This document shows, in pieces, positions 48,562 through 58,676 of a stretch of DNA of 64,000 bases (position 1 is its first letter; each line of letters starts with the position of its first letter). The stretch is from NCBI GenBank assembly GCA_017515795.1, contig JAFWEE010000004.1, positions 7,937-71,936 on the forward strand. Direction: 5' to 3'. The translations under genes and the position numbers were made by a program. The notes under the pieces are model-generated. The model saw only the letters and a program-made list of their open reading frames with translations, made no database searches and was not told the origin of the DNA. This stretch comes from Bacilli bacterium (GTDB lineage: Bacteria > Bacillota_I > Bacilli_A > RF39 > UBA660).

Positions 48562-49929
48562 ATGGATTTAATAGATGTATTTAAAACTAAAAAAATTGGT
48601 GATGAAGTTGTTTTAGAAGGTTGGGTTAGAAATAATAGAGACCAAAAAGAATTTGGATTTATAGATTTATATGATGGGACTTCTATTAATACACTTCAAA
48701 TAGTATATGATAACAGTATGTCTAACTTTGATGAAATAACTAAGATTCATGTTGGGTCTTCTATTAAAGTAGAAGGTAAATTAGTTGAATCTAATGGCAA
48801 GCAAGAATATGAAGTTAAACCTACTAAAATAGAAGTTATTGGAGATTGTCCTTCAGACTATCCAATTCAACCAAAAAGACATACAATGGAATTCTTAAGA
48901 AGTCAAGCTTACTTAAGACCTAGAACTAAAACATTCCAAGCAGTATTTAAAGTAAGAAGTGTTGCAGCACAAGCTATTCATGAATACTTCCAAAGTAATA
49001 ACTATGTATATGTACATACACCATTATTAACTACTGCTGATTGTGAAGGTTCAGATCAAATGTTTAAAGTAACTACTTTAGATTTAAATAATGTACCTAA
49101 AGTAGATGGAGAAGTAGATTATTCTAAAGATTTATTTAATAAACAAACATTTATAACAGGAACTGGTCAATTACATGGTGAAACATTTGCTATGGCATTT
49201 AAAAAGATATATACTTTTGGACCTACATTTAGAACAGAAAACTCTAATACTAAAACACATGCTAATGAGTTCTGGATGATAGAACCTGAAATGGCATTTA
49301 TGCATTTAGATGATCTTATGAATGTTGAAGAAGAAATGCTTAAGTATGTAGTTAATTATGTAATGGATAAATGTAAAGATGAATTAGAATTTTTAGATCA
49401 ATTTGTATCAAATGGTCTTATAGAAAAACTTAGTAAAGTAGTAAATAATAACTTTGTTAGAATTACTCATAAAGAAGCTATTGATTTATTATTAAACTCT
49501 GGCGAAAAATGGGAATTTACTCCAGATTATGAATCTGATATAGCAAAAGAACATGAAAAATGGATTACAGATCATTTTAATTCACCAGTATTTATTTATA
49601 ACTGGCCTAAAGATATTAAAGCATGGTACATGAAATTAAATGATGATGGAAAAACAGTAGCTGCTGTAGATCTTGAAGTACCAGGTTCCGGAGAATTAAT
49701 GGGTGGATCTGAAAGAGAAATAGATTTAGATAAATTAGATGAACTTATTAAAGTTCATAATGTTGATAGAGAATCTATTGAATGGTATTTAAATCTTAGA
49801 AAGTTTGGAGGTTGTTACCACTCTGGATTTGGTATGGGATTTGAAAGATTAATTATGTACCTTACAGGTATAGAAAATATTAGAGATGTAATTCCTTATC
49901 CAAGAACACCAGGTAACTGTGATTATTAA
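48562..49929 (+). CDS. asnS: asparaginyl-tRNA synthetase
   Basis: Class IIb motifs ..FRTENSNTKTHANEFWMIEPEMAF.. and ..GGSEREID... 455 aa. Confidence 0.85.
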   Translation: MDLIDVFKTKKIGDEVVLEGWVRNNRDQKEFGFIDLYDGTSINTLQIVYDNSMSNFDEITKIHVGSSIKVEGKLVESNGKQEYEVKPTKIEVIGDCPSDYPIQPKRHTMEFLRSQAYLRPRTKTFQAVFKVRSVAAQAIHEYFQSNNYVYVHTPLLTTADCEGSDQMFKVTTLDLNNVPKVDGEVDYSKDLFNKQTFITGTGQLHGETFAMAFKKIYTFGPTFRTENSNTKTHANEFWMIEPEMAFMHLDDLMNVEEEMLKYVVNYVMDKCKDELEFLDQFVSNGLIEKLSKVVNNNFVRITHKEAIDLLLNSGEKWEFTPDYESDIAKEHEKWITDHFNSPVFIYNWPKDIKAWYMKLNDDGKTVAAVDLEVPGSGELMGGSEREIDLDKLDELIKVHNVDRESIEWYLNLRKFGGCYHSGFGMGFERLIMYLTGIENIRDVIPYPRTPGNCDY

Positions 49930-49952
49930 TAGATAAAAAAGGAGGAAAAATA

Positions 49953-50252
49953 ATGGAATCAAAATTTACAAAAGAAATAGTTGATGACTTAGCTGATAAA
50001 TTACTTATTGGGTTAACTCCTGAAGAAAACAAAATGGTTCTAGATGAGTTTGATATTATTGATGAACAAATTAATATTATTAATGATATACCTGGAATAG
50101 ATAAGGTAGAACCTATGACTCATACATTAGATGATTTTGAATATGAACTTAGAGAAGATATAGTAGAAGAATCTGTACCTATAGATGATTTACTATCTAA
50201 CTGTGATAATGTTAGTGGTAGAGAAGTAGAAGTACCAAAGGTGGTGGGTTAA
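49953..50252 (+). CDS. gatC: Asp/Glu-tRNA amidotransferase subunit C
   Basis: 99 aa. Position immediately upstream of gatA and gatB. GatC-like ..LTPEE...DEQ..I..I...D. Confidence 0.85.
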   Translation: MESKFTKEIVDDLADKLLIGLTPEENKMVLDEFDIIDEQINIINDIPGIDKVEPMTHTLDDFEYELREDIVEESVPIDDLLSNCDNVSGREVEVPKVVG

Positions 50253-50253
50253 G

Positions 50254-51711
50254 ATGTATATGAATAAGAGTATTGAAGAACTTCATGAATTACTTAAAAG
50301 TGGAGAAGTTACTTCTAAAGAATTAATAGAAGAATCTCTTAAACTATCACATGAAATAGAAGAAAAATATAATGCATTTGTAACTATATTAGATGATGCT
50401 AAAGAGATACCTATTACTGATAATTTATTATCAGGTATTCCTTGTGGAATAAAAGATAATTATTCTACTAAAGGAATATTATCCACAGGATCATCTAACA
50501 CATTAAAAGATTATATTCCATTCTTTGATGCTACTGCATATTCAAAATTAAAAGAAGCAGGAGCAGTAATGGTTAATAAGACTGCTATGGATGAATTTGG
50601 TATGGGTGGTACTGGGACTACTTGTCATACAGGAATTGTTCTAAATCCATGGGATAAAACAAGAATGTGTGCTGGTTCATCTGCTGGTTCTGCTTGTGCT
50701 GTGGCTGCTGGTGTATATCCATATGCAACAGGAACTGATACAGGAGACTCTATTAGAAAACCTGCAGCATACTGTGGAATAGTAGGTTATAAACCTACAT
50801 ATGGAATGATATCTAGATATGGAGTATTTCCTTTTGCATCATCTTTAGATCATTTAGGCGTATTAACAAGATCAGTTAAAGATGCTGCAATAGTAGTTGA
50901 TAACATGAAGGGTATTGATAAAAATGATATGACTTCATGGGATTCATCTAATATTCATTTATATGATTCATTAGATGGAAATGTTAAAGGTAAAAAATTA
51001 TGTTACATAAAAGAAATATGTGATATTAATGAATATGATAATCCTAGTAATGAATTAAAAGAACATTTTAATAATTTCTTTAAAGTATTAGACAAAGCTA
51101 AAGAACTAGGTATAGAAGTAGAAGAAGTTTCTATTAATAGAACTCTTCTTAATGCTTTAGCATCTGTATATGTAGTAATATCATGTGCAGAAGCTACATC
51201 TAATATGTCTAATTTAACAGGTATTATTTTTGGACCTAGATCTGAAGGATTTAATAACTGGATAGATATGGTTAAAGATTATAGAACTAAAGGATTTTCT
51301 TCATTAATTAAAAGAAGATTTGTAATTGGTTCTTATGTACTTCAATCAGAGAATCAAGATAGATATTTTAGAAATGCGCAAAGAGTAAGAAGATTACTTG
51401 TTGATGCTTGGAAAGATTTATTTAAGACTTATGATGGAGTAATACTTCCAGTATCTAGTGGACCAGCTAAAAAGTTTGATGGTGATACCGATATGCTTAC
51501 TAAAGAAACTGTTACATTAGAAGAACATCTTCAAATAGGAAACTTTGGAGGATTCCCATCAATTACTATTCCTGATGGATTTATAGATGGCCTTCCAGTA
51601 GGATTAAATATTACTGGTAATTGTTATGATGATGAAAATGTACTTAATATTGCTTATGCTTTAGAAAGTGCTATGGATTATAAAAATCAAATAGCAAAGG
51701 AGGCTGAGTAA
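50254..51711 (+). CDS. gatA: Asp/Glu-tRNA amidotransferase subunit A (amidase)
   Basis: Amidase signature GGSSAGSACAVAAG and Ser-cisSer-Lys context. 485 aa. Confidence 0.9.
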   Translation: MYMNKSIEELHELLKSGEVTSKELIEESLKLSHEIEEKYNAFVTILDDAKEIPITDNLLSGIPCGIKDNYSTKGILSTGSSNTLKDYIPFFDATAYSKLKEAGAVMVNKTAMDEFGMGGTGTTCHTGIVLNPWDKTRMCAGSSAGSACAVAAGVYPYATGTDTGDSIRKPAAYCGIVGYKPTYGMISRYGVFPFASSLDHLGVLTRSVKDAAIVVDNMKGIDKNDMTSWDSSNIHLYDSLDGNVKGKKLCYIKEICDINEYDNPSNELKEHFNNFFKVLDKAKELGIEVEEVSINRTLLNALASVYVVISCAEATSNMSNLTGIIFGPRSEGFNNWIDMVKDYRTKGFSSLIKRRFVIGSYVLQSENQDRYFRNAQRVRRLLVDAWKDLFKTYDGVILPVSSGPAKKFDGDTDMLTKETVTLEEHLQIGNFGGFPSITIPDGFIDGLPVGLNITGNCYDDENVLNIAYALESAMDYKNQIAKEAE

Positions 51712-51712
51712 T

Positions 51713-53179
51713 ATGGGATATAAATTAATGGTAGGATTAGAAATGCACTGTGAAATATCTGAAACTAATACTAAAGTGTTTTCTGGTGCAAAAAATAGTT
51801 ATTCAGTAACTCCTAATGAAAATATAAGAGCCATTGATATGGCATTTCCTGGTATACTTCCAGTTGTTAATAAAGAAGCTGTTAAGATGGCATTGCAAGC
51901 ATCTATGGTTTTAAATTGTAAACAACCAGAATATATGTATTTTGAAAGAAAGAATTATTATTATCCTGATCTTCCAAAAGGGTTCCAATTAACTCAAGAA
52001 ACTAAACCTATACCAGTAGGTATTTATGGTTATGTAGATTATGAATGTAATGGAGAAGTAAAAAGGGTAAGAGTTAATAATATTCACTTAGAAGAAGATG
52101 CTGCATCATCAGATCATTTATATGATACAACTGTAATTGATTATAATAGAGCGGGTGTACCACTTTTAGAACTTGTTACTGAGCCTGATATAAGTTCAGC
52201 TGAAGAAGCAGTAGCTTTCTTAGAACATATGAAAACAGTTTATCAATATTTAGGTATATCTGAAGCTGATTCTAAAAAAGGTCAAATAAGATGTGATGTT
52301 AATGTATCTATTATTGATGAAACATTAGATATGGAAGATCCATCTAATTGGGGAACTAAAGTAGAAATAAAGAATGTTAACTCATTTGGCGGTGTTAGAG
52401 ATGCTATTAACTATGAATATAAAAGACAAGTTAGTGCTAAAGAAAATGGTACTTATGATACTGAAATAATTCAGCAAACAAGAAGATGGGATGAAGAAAG
52501 TGGTACTACTATTGGTATGAGATCAAAAGCAGATGCTATAGATTATAAATACTTTGTAGAACCAAATATTCCTAAGTTTAAATTAACAAAAGAATGGTTA
52601 GATGAAATAAGAACTTCTATTCCAGAACTTGCATATGATAGAAAACAAAGATATATGAATGAGTATGATCTTTCTGAATATGATTCAAATATTTTAGTTA
52701 AAGAAAAGAAAGTATCAGATTTCTTTGACGATACAGTTAAACTTGGAACTAATCCAAAAGAAGCTTGTAACTGGGTTAATGGTATGATTCTTTCATATTT
52801 AAATACTAATTTAATTACAATTGATGAAATATATATGACACCAGATATGCTTCATGATTTAATAAAATTAATTGATGATAAAACTATATCATCTAAACAG
52901 GCAAAAGATGTATTTACTAAATGTTTAGAAGAAAAGAAAGAACCTATGTCTATTGTTAAAGATGAAGGTATGATGCAAATAACTGATGAATCATCTATTG
53001 AAGCAATAGTAGATGAAGTATTAAGTGAACAAGCAGAAGCTATTAAAACTTATGATCCAGAGAATCCAAAAGCATTAGATTTCTTTATAGGACAAGTAAT
53101 GAAAAAGACAAGAGGTAAAGCTAATCCATCTATTGCATATAAGATGATGAAAGAAAAATTAGATAATATGACAAAATAG
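51713..53179 (+). CDS. gatB: Asp/Glu-tRNA amidotransferase subunit B
   Basis: ..GLEMHCEI.., ..NVNSFG.. and C-terminal YqeY-like domain. 488 aa. Confidence 0.9.
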   Translation: MGYKLMVGLEMHCEISETNTKVFSGAKNSYSVTPNENIRAIDMAFPGILPVVNKEAVKMALQASMVLNCKQPEYMYFERKNYYYPDLPKGFQLTQETKPIPVGIYGYVDYECNGEVKRVRVNNIHLEEDAASSDHLYDTTVIDYNRAGVPLLELVTEPDISSAEEAVAFLEHMKTVYQYLGISEADSKKGQIRCDVNVSIIDETLDMEDPSNWGTKVEIKNVNSFGGVRDAINYEYKRQVSAKENGTYDTEIIQQTRRWDEESGTTIGMRSKADAIDYKYFVEPNIPKFKLTKEWLDEIRTSIPELAYDRKQRYMNEYDLSEYDSNILVKEKKVSDFFDDTVKLGTNPKEACNWVNGMILSYLNTNLITIDEIYMTPDMLHDLIKLIDDKTISSKQAKDVFTKCLEEKKEPMSIVKDEGMMQITDESSIEAIVDEVLSEQAEAIKTYDPENPKALDFFIGQVMKKTRGKANPSIAYKMMKEKLDNMTK

Positions 53180-53203
53180 ACTAGTAAAAACTAGTCTTTT
53201 TTG
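53178..53203 (+). terminator. rho-independent terminator after gatB (AGACTAGT-AAAA-ACTAGTCT + T6)
   Basis: Perfect 8-bp stem overlapping the stop codon. Confidence 0.65.
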
Positions 53204-53236
53204 TTATAATTTTTGTAGTAAAAAAGGGTGCGTATT

Positions 53237-54211
53237 ATGAATGATAATTTAACAAAGGAGCAAATTAATAATATTATTAATGAGAATAATAGATTAAGAA
53301 CTCTAATTAAAATATTTATTATTGTTTTGTTAGTATTATTAATATTCTTATTTTATTTTAAAAAGAATATAGTAGATGTTAATTTTAAATTAAATGGCTC
53401 TGATACTGTAGTTGTTAATGTATTTGAGGAATATAAAGAAGAGGGAGTATCTGCAGTAATACATGGAGTAGATAAGTCAAAAGAAGTTATTATAGATTCT
53501 AATGAAGTTAATACTAATAAATTAGGTACTTATAAAGTAACTTATAAATTAAATATTGGTATATTAAATATATATAAGAAATTAACTAGAAAAGTAGAGG
53601 TAGTAGATATTATTCCACCTGAAATAAGTGTAGAAAGTGATACTATTTATTTAGATGTTGGGGAAGAATTAGCTATTCCAGATGCTACTGCTAAAGATAA
53701 TTATGATGGTGATTTAACTGAGAATATAGAAGTATCTAATAATATAGATATTAATAATACTGGTGAATATAAAATAACATATAAAGTAACTGATTCATCT
53801 AAAAATGAATCTGTTAAAGACGTTAATGTATATGTTAGAACTCATAAAGAAAATTGTAAGATAGTTATTACTATTAGTGAACAAAAATTAAGATACTATG
53901 AAAAAGGAAAAGTAGTATTTGAAACAGATACTGTTACAGGTATTAATAATGGTACTCCAAGAGGGACATATTCTATTTTAAATAAAGCTAGAAATGTTGA
54001 ATTAGTTGGAGACGATTATGTAAGTAGAGTTAGATATTGGATGCCATTTATAGGAAGAAGTTATGGTATTCATGATGCATCTTGGAGAAGTAGATTTGGT
54101 GGAACTATTTATAAATATAATGGATCTCATGGTTGTGTAAATATTAGTACTAAAGCCGCTGAAACATTATATAATATGGTAGAAATAGGTACTCCAGTAA
54201 TAGTAGAATAA
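53237..54211 (+). CDS. L,D-transpeptidase (YkuD) with N-terminal TM and two DUF5011-like Ig domains
   Basis: Catalytic ..SHGCVNIS... Two ..A.D..DGDLT...Y..TDSS.N Ig-like segments. ATG 53237 preceded by AAGGGTG. A GTG at 53228 is an alternative start. Confidence 0.8.
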   Translation: MNDNLTKEQINNIINENNRLRTLIKIFIIVLLVLLIFLFYFKKNIVDVNFKLNGSDTVVVNVFEEYKEEGVSAVIHGVDKSKEVIIDSNEVNTNKLGTYKVTYKLNIGILNIYKKLTRKVEVVDIIPPEISVESDTIYLDVGEELAIPDATAKDNYDGDLTENIEVSNNIDINNTGEYKITYKVTDSSKNESVKDVNVYVRTHKENCKIVITISEQKLRYYEKGKVVFETDTVTGINNGTPRGTYSILNKARNVELVGDDYVSRVRYWMPFIGRSYGIHDASWRSRFGGTIYKYNGSHGCVNISTKAAETLYNMVEIGTPVIVE

Positions 54212-54311
54212 TAAGCACTTTAATAAGTGCTTTTTTTGTTATTTCCTTGATTATAGATATAAAAAATGATATACTAGAATATAGAATAAGAATTGAAAGG
54301 GGAGTAGTAAT

Positions 54312-54569
54312 ATGAACAGAACTATTACTATTACTAATGATCAAGGTCAAAAGGTAGTTGCAGATATTGTTTCAATCGTTAATATTAGTTCTTTAAATAA
54401 TGAATATATTATTTATACGTTCAATAAAAAGGATGAAGCAGGTAACATAAAAGATTATATATCTAGAATAAAACAAGATGGAGAAAACTTTATTTTAGAG
54501 CAAATAGAAGATTTAGAGGAATGGAATAAAGTAAAAGAAATGATTACTAATTCTGTTAAGGAGGCATAA
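54312..54569 (+). CDS. DUF1292 (YrzB/UPF0473) family protein
   Basis: ..ITITNDQGQKVVADIV..YIIYTF..EDLEEWNKVKEMI.. pattern typical of DUF1292. Confidence 0.6.
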   Translation: MNRTITITNDQGQKVVADIVSIVNISSLNNEYIIYTFNKKDEAGNIKDYISRIKQDGENFILEQIEDLEEWNKVKEMITNSVKEA

Positions 54570-54570
54570 T

Positions 54571-55095
54571 ATGAAAGAAGAAAAAAATATGACTCCTAAA
54601 GCTAATAAATCATGGGTTAACCCTTCAATTGGACAAGAATCAAATAGTAATTTAAAAAGTATTGTAGATAATAATACAAATGAAATTAATTCATTAAAAA
54701 AAGAAATAAATAAGATTAATGAAGAATTATCTAAATTAACTAATAATGAATTTGTTCCTATAGAAGAAGAAAAAGTAAACGTAGAAGTAGATATGCCTTT
54801 TGCATCACCATTTACTGAGTCAGTAGAAACTAATGAGGAAACTGAAGTAAATGATGATACTAGTACAAATGAAATTTTAGATTCTGTTAAAGAAGAAGTA
54901 AAAGAGGAAGTAGTTCCTGAAGAGACTCCTATAATAGAAATTCCTTTAGAAGATACTAAAGATAGAATAGCAGTTGTTGTTAATAGATATAATAATGACA
55001 TAGTAGCTTCTACTAAAGGTAAAGGAGCTAAATTTATTTCACTTACTGAAAGTGAGCAAAGTAAATTATTATCTGGCAAGATAAATGAAAACTAG
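54571..55095 (+). CDS. hypothetical acidic coiled-coil protein
   Basis: Starts 2 nt after DUF1292 stop. E/N-rich. No known domain. Confidence 0.4.
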   Translation: MKEEKNMTPKANKSWVNPSIGQESNSNLKSIVDNNTNEINSLKKEINKINEELSKLTNNEFVPIEEEKVNVEVDMPFASPFTESVETNEETEVNDDTSTNEILDSVKEEVKEEVVPEETPIIEIPLEDTKDRIAVVVNRYNNDIVASTKGKGAKFISLTESEQSKLLSGKINEN

Positions 55096-55105
55096 AGGTG
55101 TAAAA

Positions 55106-55609
55106 ATGAAATTAAAGAAACTTAAATTTGGTAGAAAAAATAAAGATGCTGGTTCTAAACCAAGAAGAAAATTTAAAATAGATTTATCAGTAATTATATT
55201 TATTGCAATTATTTTAATCGTTGGAATTATAGTTTTCTATTTAACTATAGGCCAAAGAGGTAACAAATATGGTGATAGACTTAGAGGTATAGAAAAAATA
55301 TCATTTACTAAAAAAGATAAGAGTAAATTTGTTGATGCATTAAAGAATAATGAAACTGTTAAGAGTGCATCAATTGATATTCAAGGAAGAATAATATACG
55401 TAATAGTAGATTTCAATGAATCTATTTCAATTGATGATGCTAGAAATATAGTAAGTGATTCACTTTCTAATTTATCAGATGAAGTAAAAGGATATTATGA
55501 TATAAATGCTCTTATTACTAAGAGTGATGAAAAACCAAATGAAGATGGAAAAACACAATTTCCAAGATCAGGATATAAGAAGAAAACATCTGGTTCTATA
55601 GTTTGGTAA
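55106..55609 (+). CDS. hypothetical membrane-anchored protein
   Basis: RBS AGAGGTG 5 nt before ATG 55106. Basic N-terminus plus one TM helix. Confidence 0.4.
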   Translation: MKLKKLKFGRKNKDAGSKPRRKFKIDLSVIIFIAIILIVGIIVFYLTIGQRGNKYGDRLRGIEKISFTKKDKSKFVDALKNNETVKSASIDIQGRIIYVIVDFNESISIDDARNIVSDSLSNLSDEVKGYYDINALITKSDEKPNEDGKTQFPRSGYKKKTSGSIVW

Positions 55610-55623
55610 TATAGGAGATATAT

Positions 55624-57690
55624 ATGAAAAGAAAAAAATATTTAAAAAGGAAAAGAATAATAGTAACATCCATAATAATTGGATTAATATTATTAATTGG
55701 TATAGTTGCTTTTATTATTAATAGAAATAATAAGAATAATGGTGTATTTTCTGTTTTAGAACAAAGATGGATTGAAAAGAATTCGTCTGAAGTAGTAGAT
55801 GTTTCAATTCTAAATGATGTTCCTATATTTGGATATGAAGGATCTGGTGTATTCTTTAGTTTCTTAGAAGATTTTACTGATGAAACTGGCATTAAGTTTA
55901 ATATGATTCCATATAGAGTTGGTTCTCCAGATGGATTAAAGAATTATGCATTTATTACTAGTAATAATACTAGAGTAGCAGATAATGAAGTGGTATTCTT
56001 TACTGATAATTATGTTTTAATTAGTAAAGATAATGCAAGTATAAAGAATTTATCTAATTTAAATAATGCTACTATTGGTGCATTAGATACTGATTTAAAT
56101 AAAATTAAAGATTATTTAGATGATAACACTTCAATTATATATAATACATATACTAATATAGATTCTTTAGTAGAAGCTATGAATAATAATGGTATTTTAT
56201 ATGCTATTATTCCAAAAACACAATACATTAGTTATATATTTAAAAATAATTATTATATAGCTTATAACTTTAATGAACTTGTTATTAATTATAATTTTGT
56301 TATAAATGGGGAAGACAAAACATTAAATAGTATTCTTCAAAAATATTATGTAAGATGGAAAAAAGATAAATTAAGTAAAGCATATAATTCTAGATTACTT
56401 ACTGAATATTTTGAAGATAAAGGTGTTGATGATACATCAATAGCTAATTTTTCGGGTAAGGAATACGTTTATGGATATGTTAAAAATCTTCCATATGATT
56501 CAAAAATAAATGATGATTTTATTGGATATAATAGTCAAGTATTAGATGAATTTGCCGAAAGTATGAATATTACTTTTAAAATCAAAGAGTTTAATTCAGT
56601 TAAAGAATTAGTTAAAAATATGAATGAAGGTAAAGTAGATATTACTTTTGATTATTATGATTTTTCTGATTTAACTGAAGAATTTGATTCTACATCAGTT
56701 TTATTTGATACTAAGATAGTTGCATTAACATCTATTAATGATACAACTACAATTGTTCCATCACTTAGAACTCTTCAGAATACTGAAGTTATTATGTTAG
56801 ATGATAAACTTGCTACATATTTTAAGAATACTGTAGGAGCTAATCCAAAAACATATAAGAAGAGTGGATCTTTATTTAATGCTATAGATGATAAGAGTTT
56901 AATTATTCTTGATTATAATGTTTATAATTATTATAGAAATTCTAAATTAGATAATTATAAAGTTATATATGAAACAAGAATTGATAATGTTGATTATGAT
57001 TATTTAATTCTTAATAATGCTGAAAATAAGGCGTTTAATGGATTATTTAAGTTCTATATATCATCAATTAATCAAGATATATATATGTCAAGAGCTATGC
57101 TTAAATTAAGTAAAGATAGTAAGAAATTAGATTTAACATTAATTTATATTTTAATCTTCCTTGGAGTTCTATTAGTTATTGGATTTATATATTTAAAATA
57201 TAAGAGTGGTAAATATAGAATTACTAAAACTGATAGATTAAAATATGTTGATAGTTTAACTTCTTTAAAGAATAGACATTATTTAAATAAAAACTATGAA
57301 AAGTGGCAAGAAAATAAAATATATCCACAAGCAGTTATTATAGTTGATGTTAATAAGATTGGTCATATTAATGATGTATATGGACATCAAGAAGGTGATA
57401 ATACTATAAAAAAGGCTGCTAATGTTTTAATTAATAATCAATTAGAACAAAGTGATATAGTTAGAACTAATGGTGATGAATTCTTAATTTATATGGTTGG
57501 ATATGCGGAAAATAAAGTAATAGCATACATAAGAAAACTACATAAAGAGTTTAAGAATTTACCATATGGTTATGGAGCTACTCTTGGTTATAGTATGATC
57601 ACAGACGATGTTAAAACAATTGATGATGCTATAAATGAAGCAGTTTTAGAAGTTAAAACAAATAAAGAAATGAATATAGAAGAAAAATAA
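55624..57690 (+). CDS. membrane diguanylate cyclase-like protein: two periplasmic SBP-like domains + TM + GGDEF domain (NGDEF variant)
   Basis: N-terminal TM, ~480-aa extracytoplasmic region, second TM, then GGDEF domain (..DSLTSLKNR.., ..RTNGDEFLIY..). Confidence 0.75.
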   Translation: MKRKKYLKRKRIIVTSIIIGLILLIGIVAFIINRNNKNNGVFSVLEQRWIEKNSSEVVDVSILNDVPIFGYEGSGVFFSFLEDFTDETGIKFNMIPYRVGSPDGLKNYAFITSNNTRVADNEVVFFTDNYVLISKDNASIKNLSNLNNATIGALDTDLNKIKDYLDDNTSIIYNTYTNIDSLVEAMNNNGILYAIIPKTQYISYIFKNNYYIAYNFNELVINYNFVINGEDKTLNSILQKYYVRWKKDKLSKAYNSRLLTEYFEDKGVDDTSIANFSGKEYVYGYVKNLPYDSKINDDFIGYNSQVLDEFAESMNITFKIKEFNSVKELVKNMNEGKVDITFDYYDFSDLTEEFDSTSVLFDTKIVALTSINDTTTIVPSLRTLQNTEVIMLDDKLATYFKNTVGANPKTYKKSGSLFNAIDDKSLIILDYNVYNYYRNSKLDNYKVIYETRIDNVDYDYLILNNAENKAFNGLFKFYISSINQDIYMSRAMLKLSKDSKKLDLTLIYILIFLGVLLVIGFIYLKYKSGKYRITKTDRLKYVDSLTSLKNRHYLNKNYEKWQENKIYPQAVIIVDVNKIGHINDVYGHQEGDNTIKKAANVLINNQLEQSDIVRTNGDEFLIYMVGYAENKVIAYIRKLHKEFKNLPYGYGATLGYSMITDDVKTIDDAINEAVLEVKTNKEMNIEEK

Positions 57691-57702
57691 TAGGTGTCAT
57701 AA

Positions 57703-58560
57703 ATGGGAAAAATATCTAAGGATTTTAAAAAATTTTGTGGTGATATTTTTAGATTAATGAGAAAGCCAGTTGTTTCTGTATTGTCAGGTCATCTTGATTT
57801 CTTTTTCCTGCTTTCTGCTATTCCTATAATATTATTAATTGGTATTGCAGCTAATACATTTTCATTTTCTATAGCTAGTTTTATAGATTTTCTTAAAATA
57901 TCATTACCTGCAAGTACTAGTGAATTAGTAATACCACTTTTCTCAGGAAAAGCACTAAGTATTAATATAGTATTTCTATTAATATCAGCATTATATTTGA
58001 TATCATGTGGTACAAATGCAATTATAATGGTTGCTTCAAATATATATAACGTTAAGACTAATCTATATAAAAATATTATTAAATCTATTTTAATAACTAT
58101 AATATTATTGTTTTTATTTGTATTTTTAATAATAATTTTAATAGTAGGTAGTAAGTTCTTACTTATATTATCTGAACTTCCTAATATGACTATTATTTCA
58201 AATAATAGTGTTAAAATATTTAATTTCATTAAATGGCCTATATCAATTATAGTTATATATTTTACTTTAAAGGTAATATATGTATTAGCTCCAAATAAAT
58301 CTATAAACTCTAAAAGTGTTACTAAAGGAGCTTTATTTACTACAGTATTATGGATTATATTTACTACAATATATTCACTATATTCAATGAATATATCTCC
58401 ATATACAACATACTTTGGAAGTGCTTCTTCTATAGTAGTATTAATGATCTGGATTTATGCAATGGCATTTATATTTGTTGTTGGTATGATTATTAATGCA
58501 GTAGAAGAAAAACATAACTATGTAGATTTAGAAAAAACTTTAACTAGTATAATAAGATAA
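57703..58560 (+). CDS. YihY/BrkB family membrane protein
   Basis: 6 TM helices and N-terminal ..FRLMRKP..LSGHLDFFFLLSAIP.. typical of the YihY family. Confidence 0.7.
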   Translation: MGKISKDFKKFCGDIFRLMRKPVVSVLSGHLDFFFLLSAIPIILLIGIAANTFSFSIASFIDFLKISLPASTSELVIPLFSGKALSINIVFLLISALYLISCGTNAIIMVASNIYNVKTNLYKNIIKSILITIILLFLFVFLIIILIVGSKFLLILSELPNMTIISNNSVKIFNFIKWPISIIVIYFTLKVIYVLAPNKSINSKSVTKGALFTTVLWIIFTTIYSLYSMNISPYTTYFGSASSIVVLMIWIYAMAFIFVVGMIINAVEEKHNYVDLEKTLTSIIR

Positions 58561-58676
58561 AGAAGGAGAAATCCTTCTTTTTACATTTTATGTAAAGTAT
58601 TATTTTTATGTCTTAAATGTATCAAAAAAAGCATAAAATATGATATAATAATTATATTAGAATGCGAGGTGTCGAT

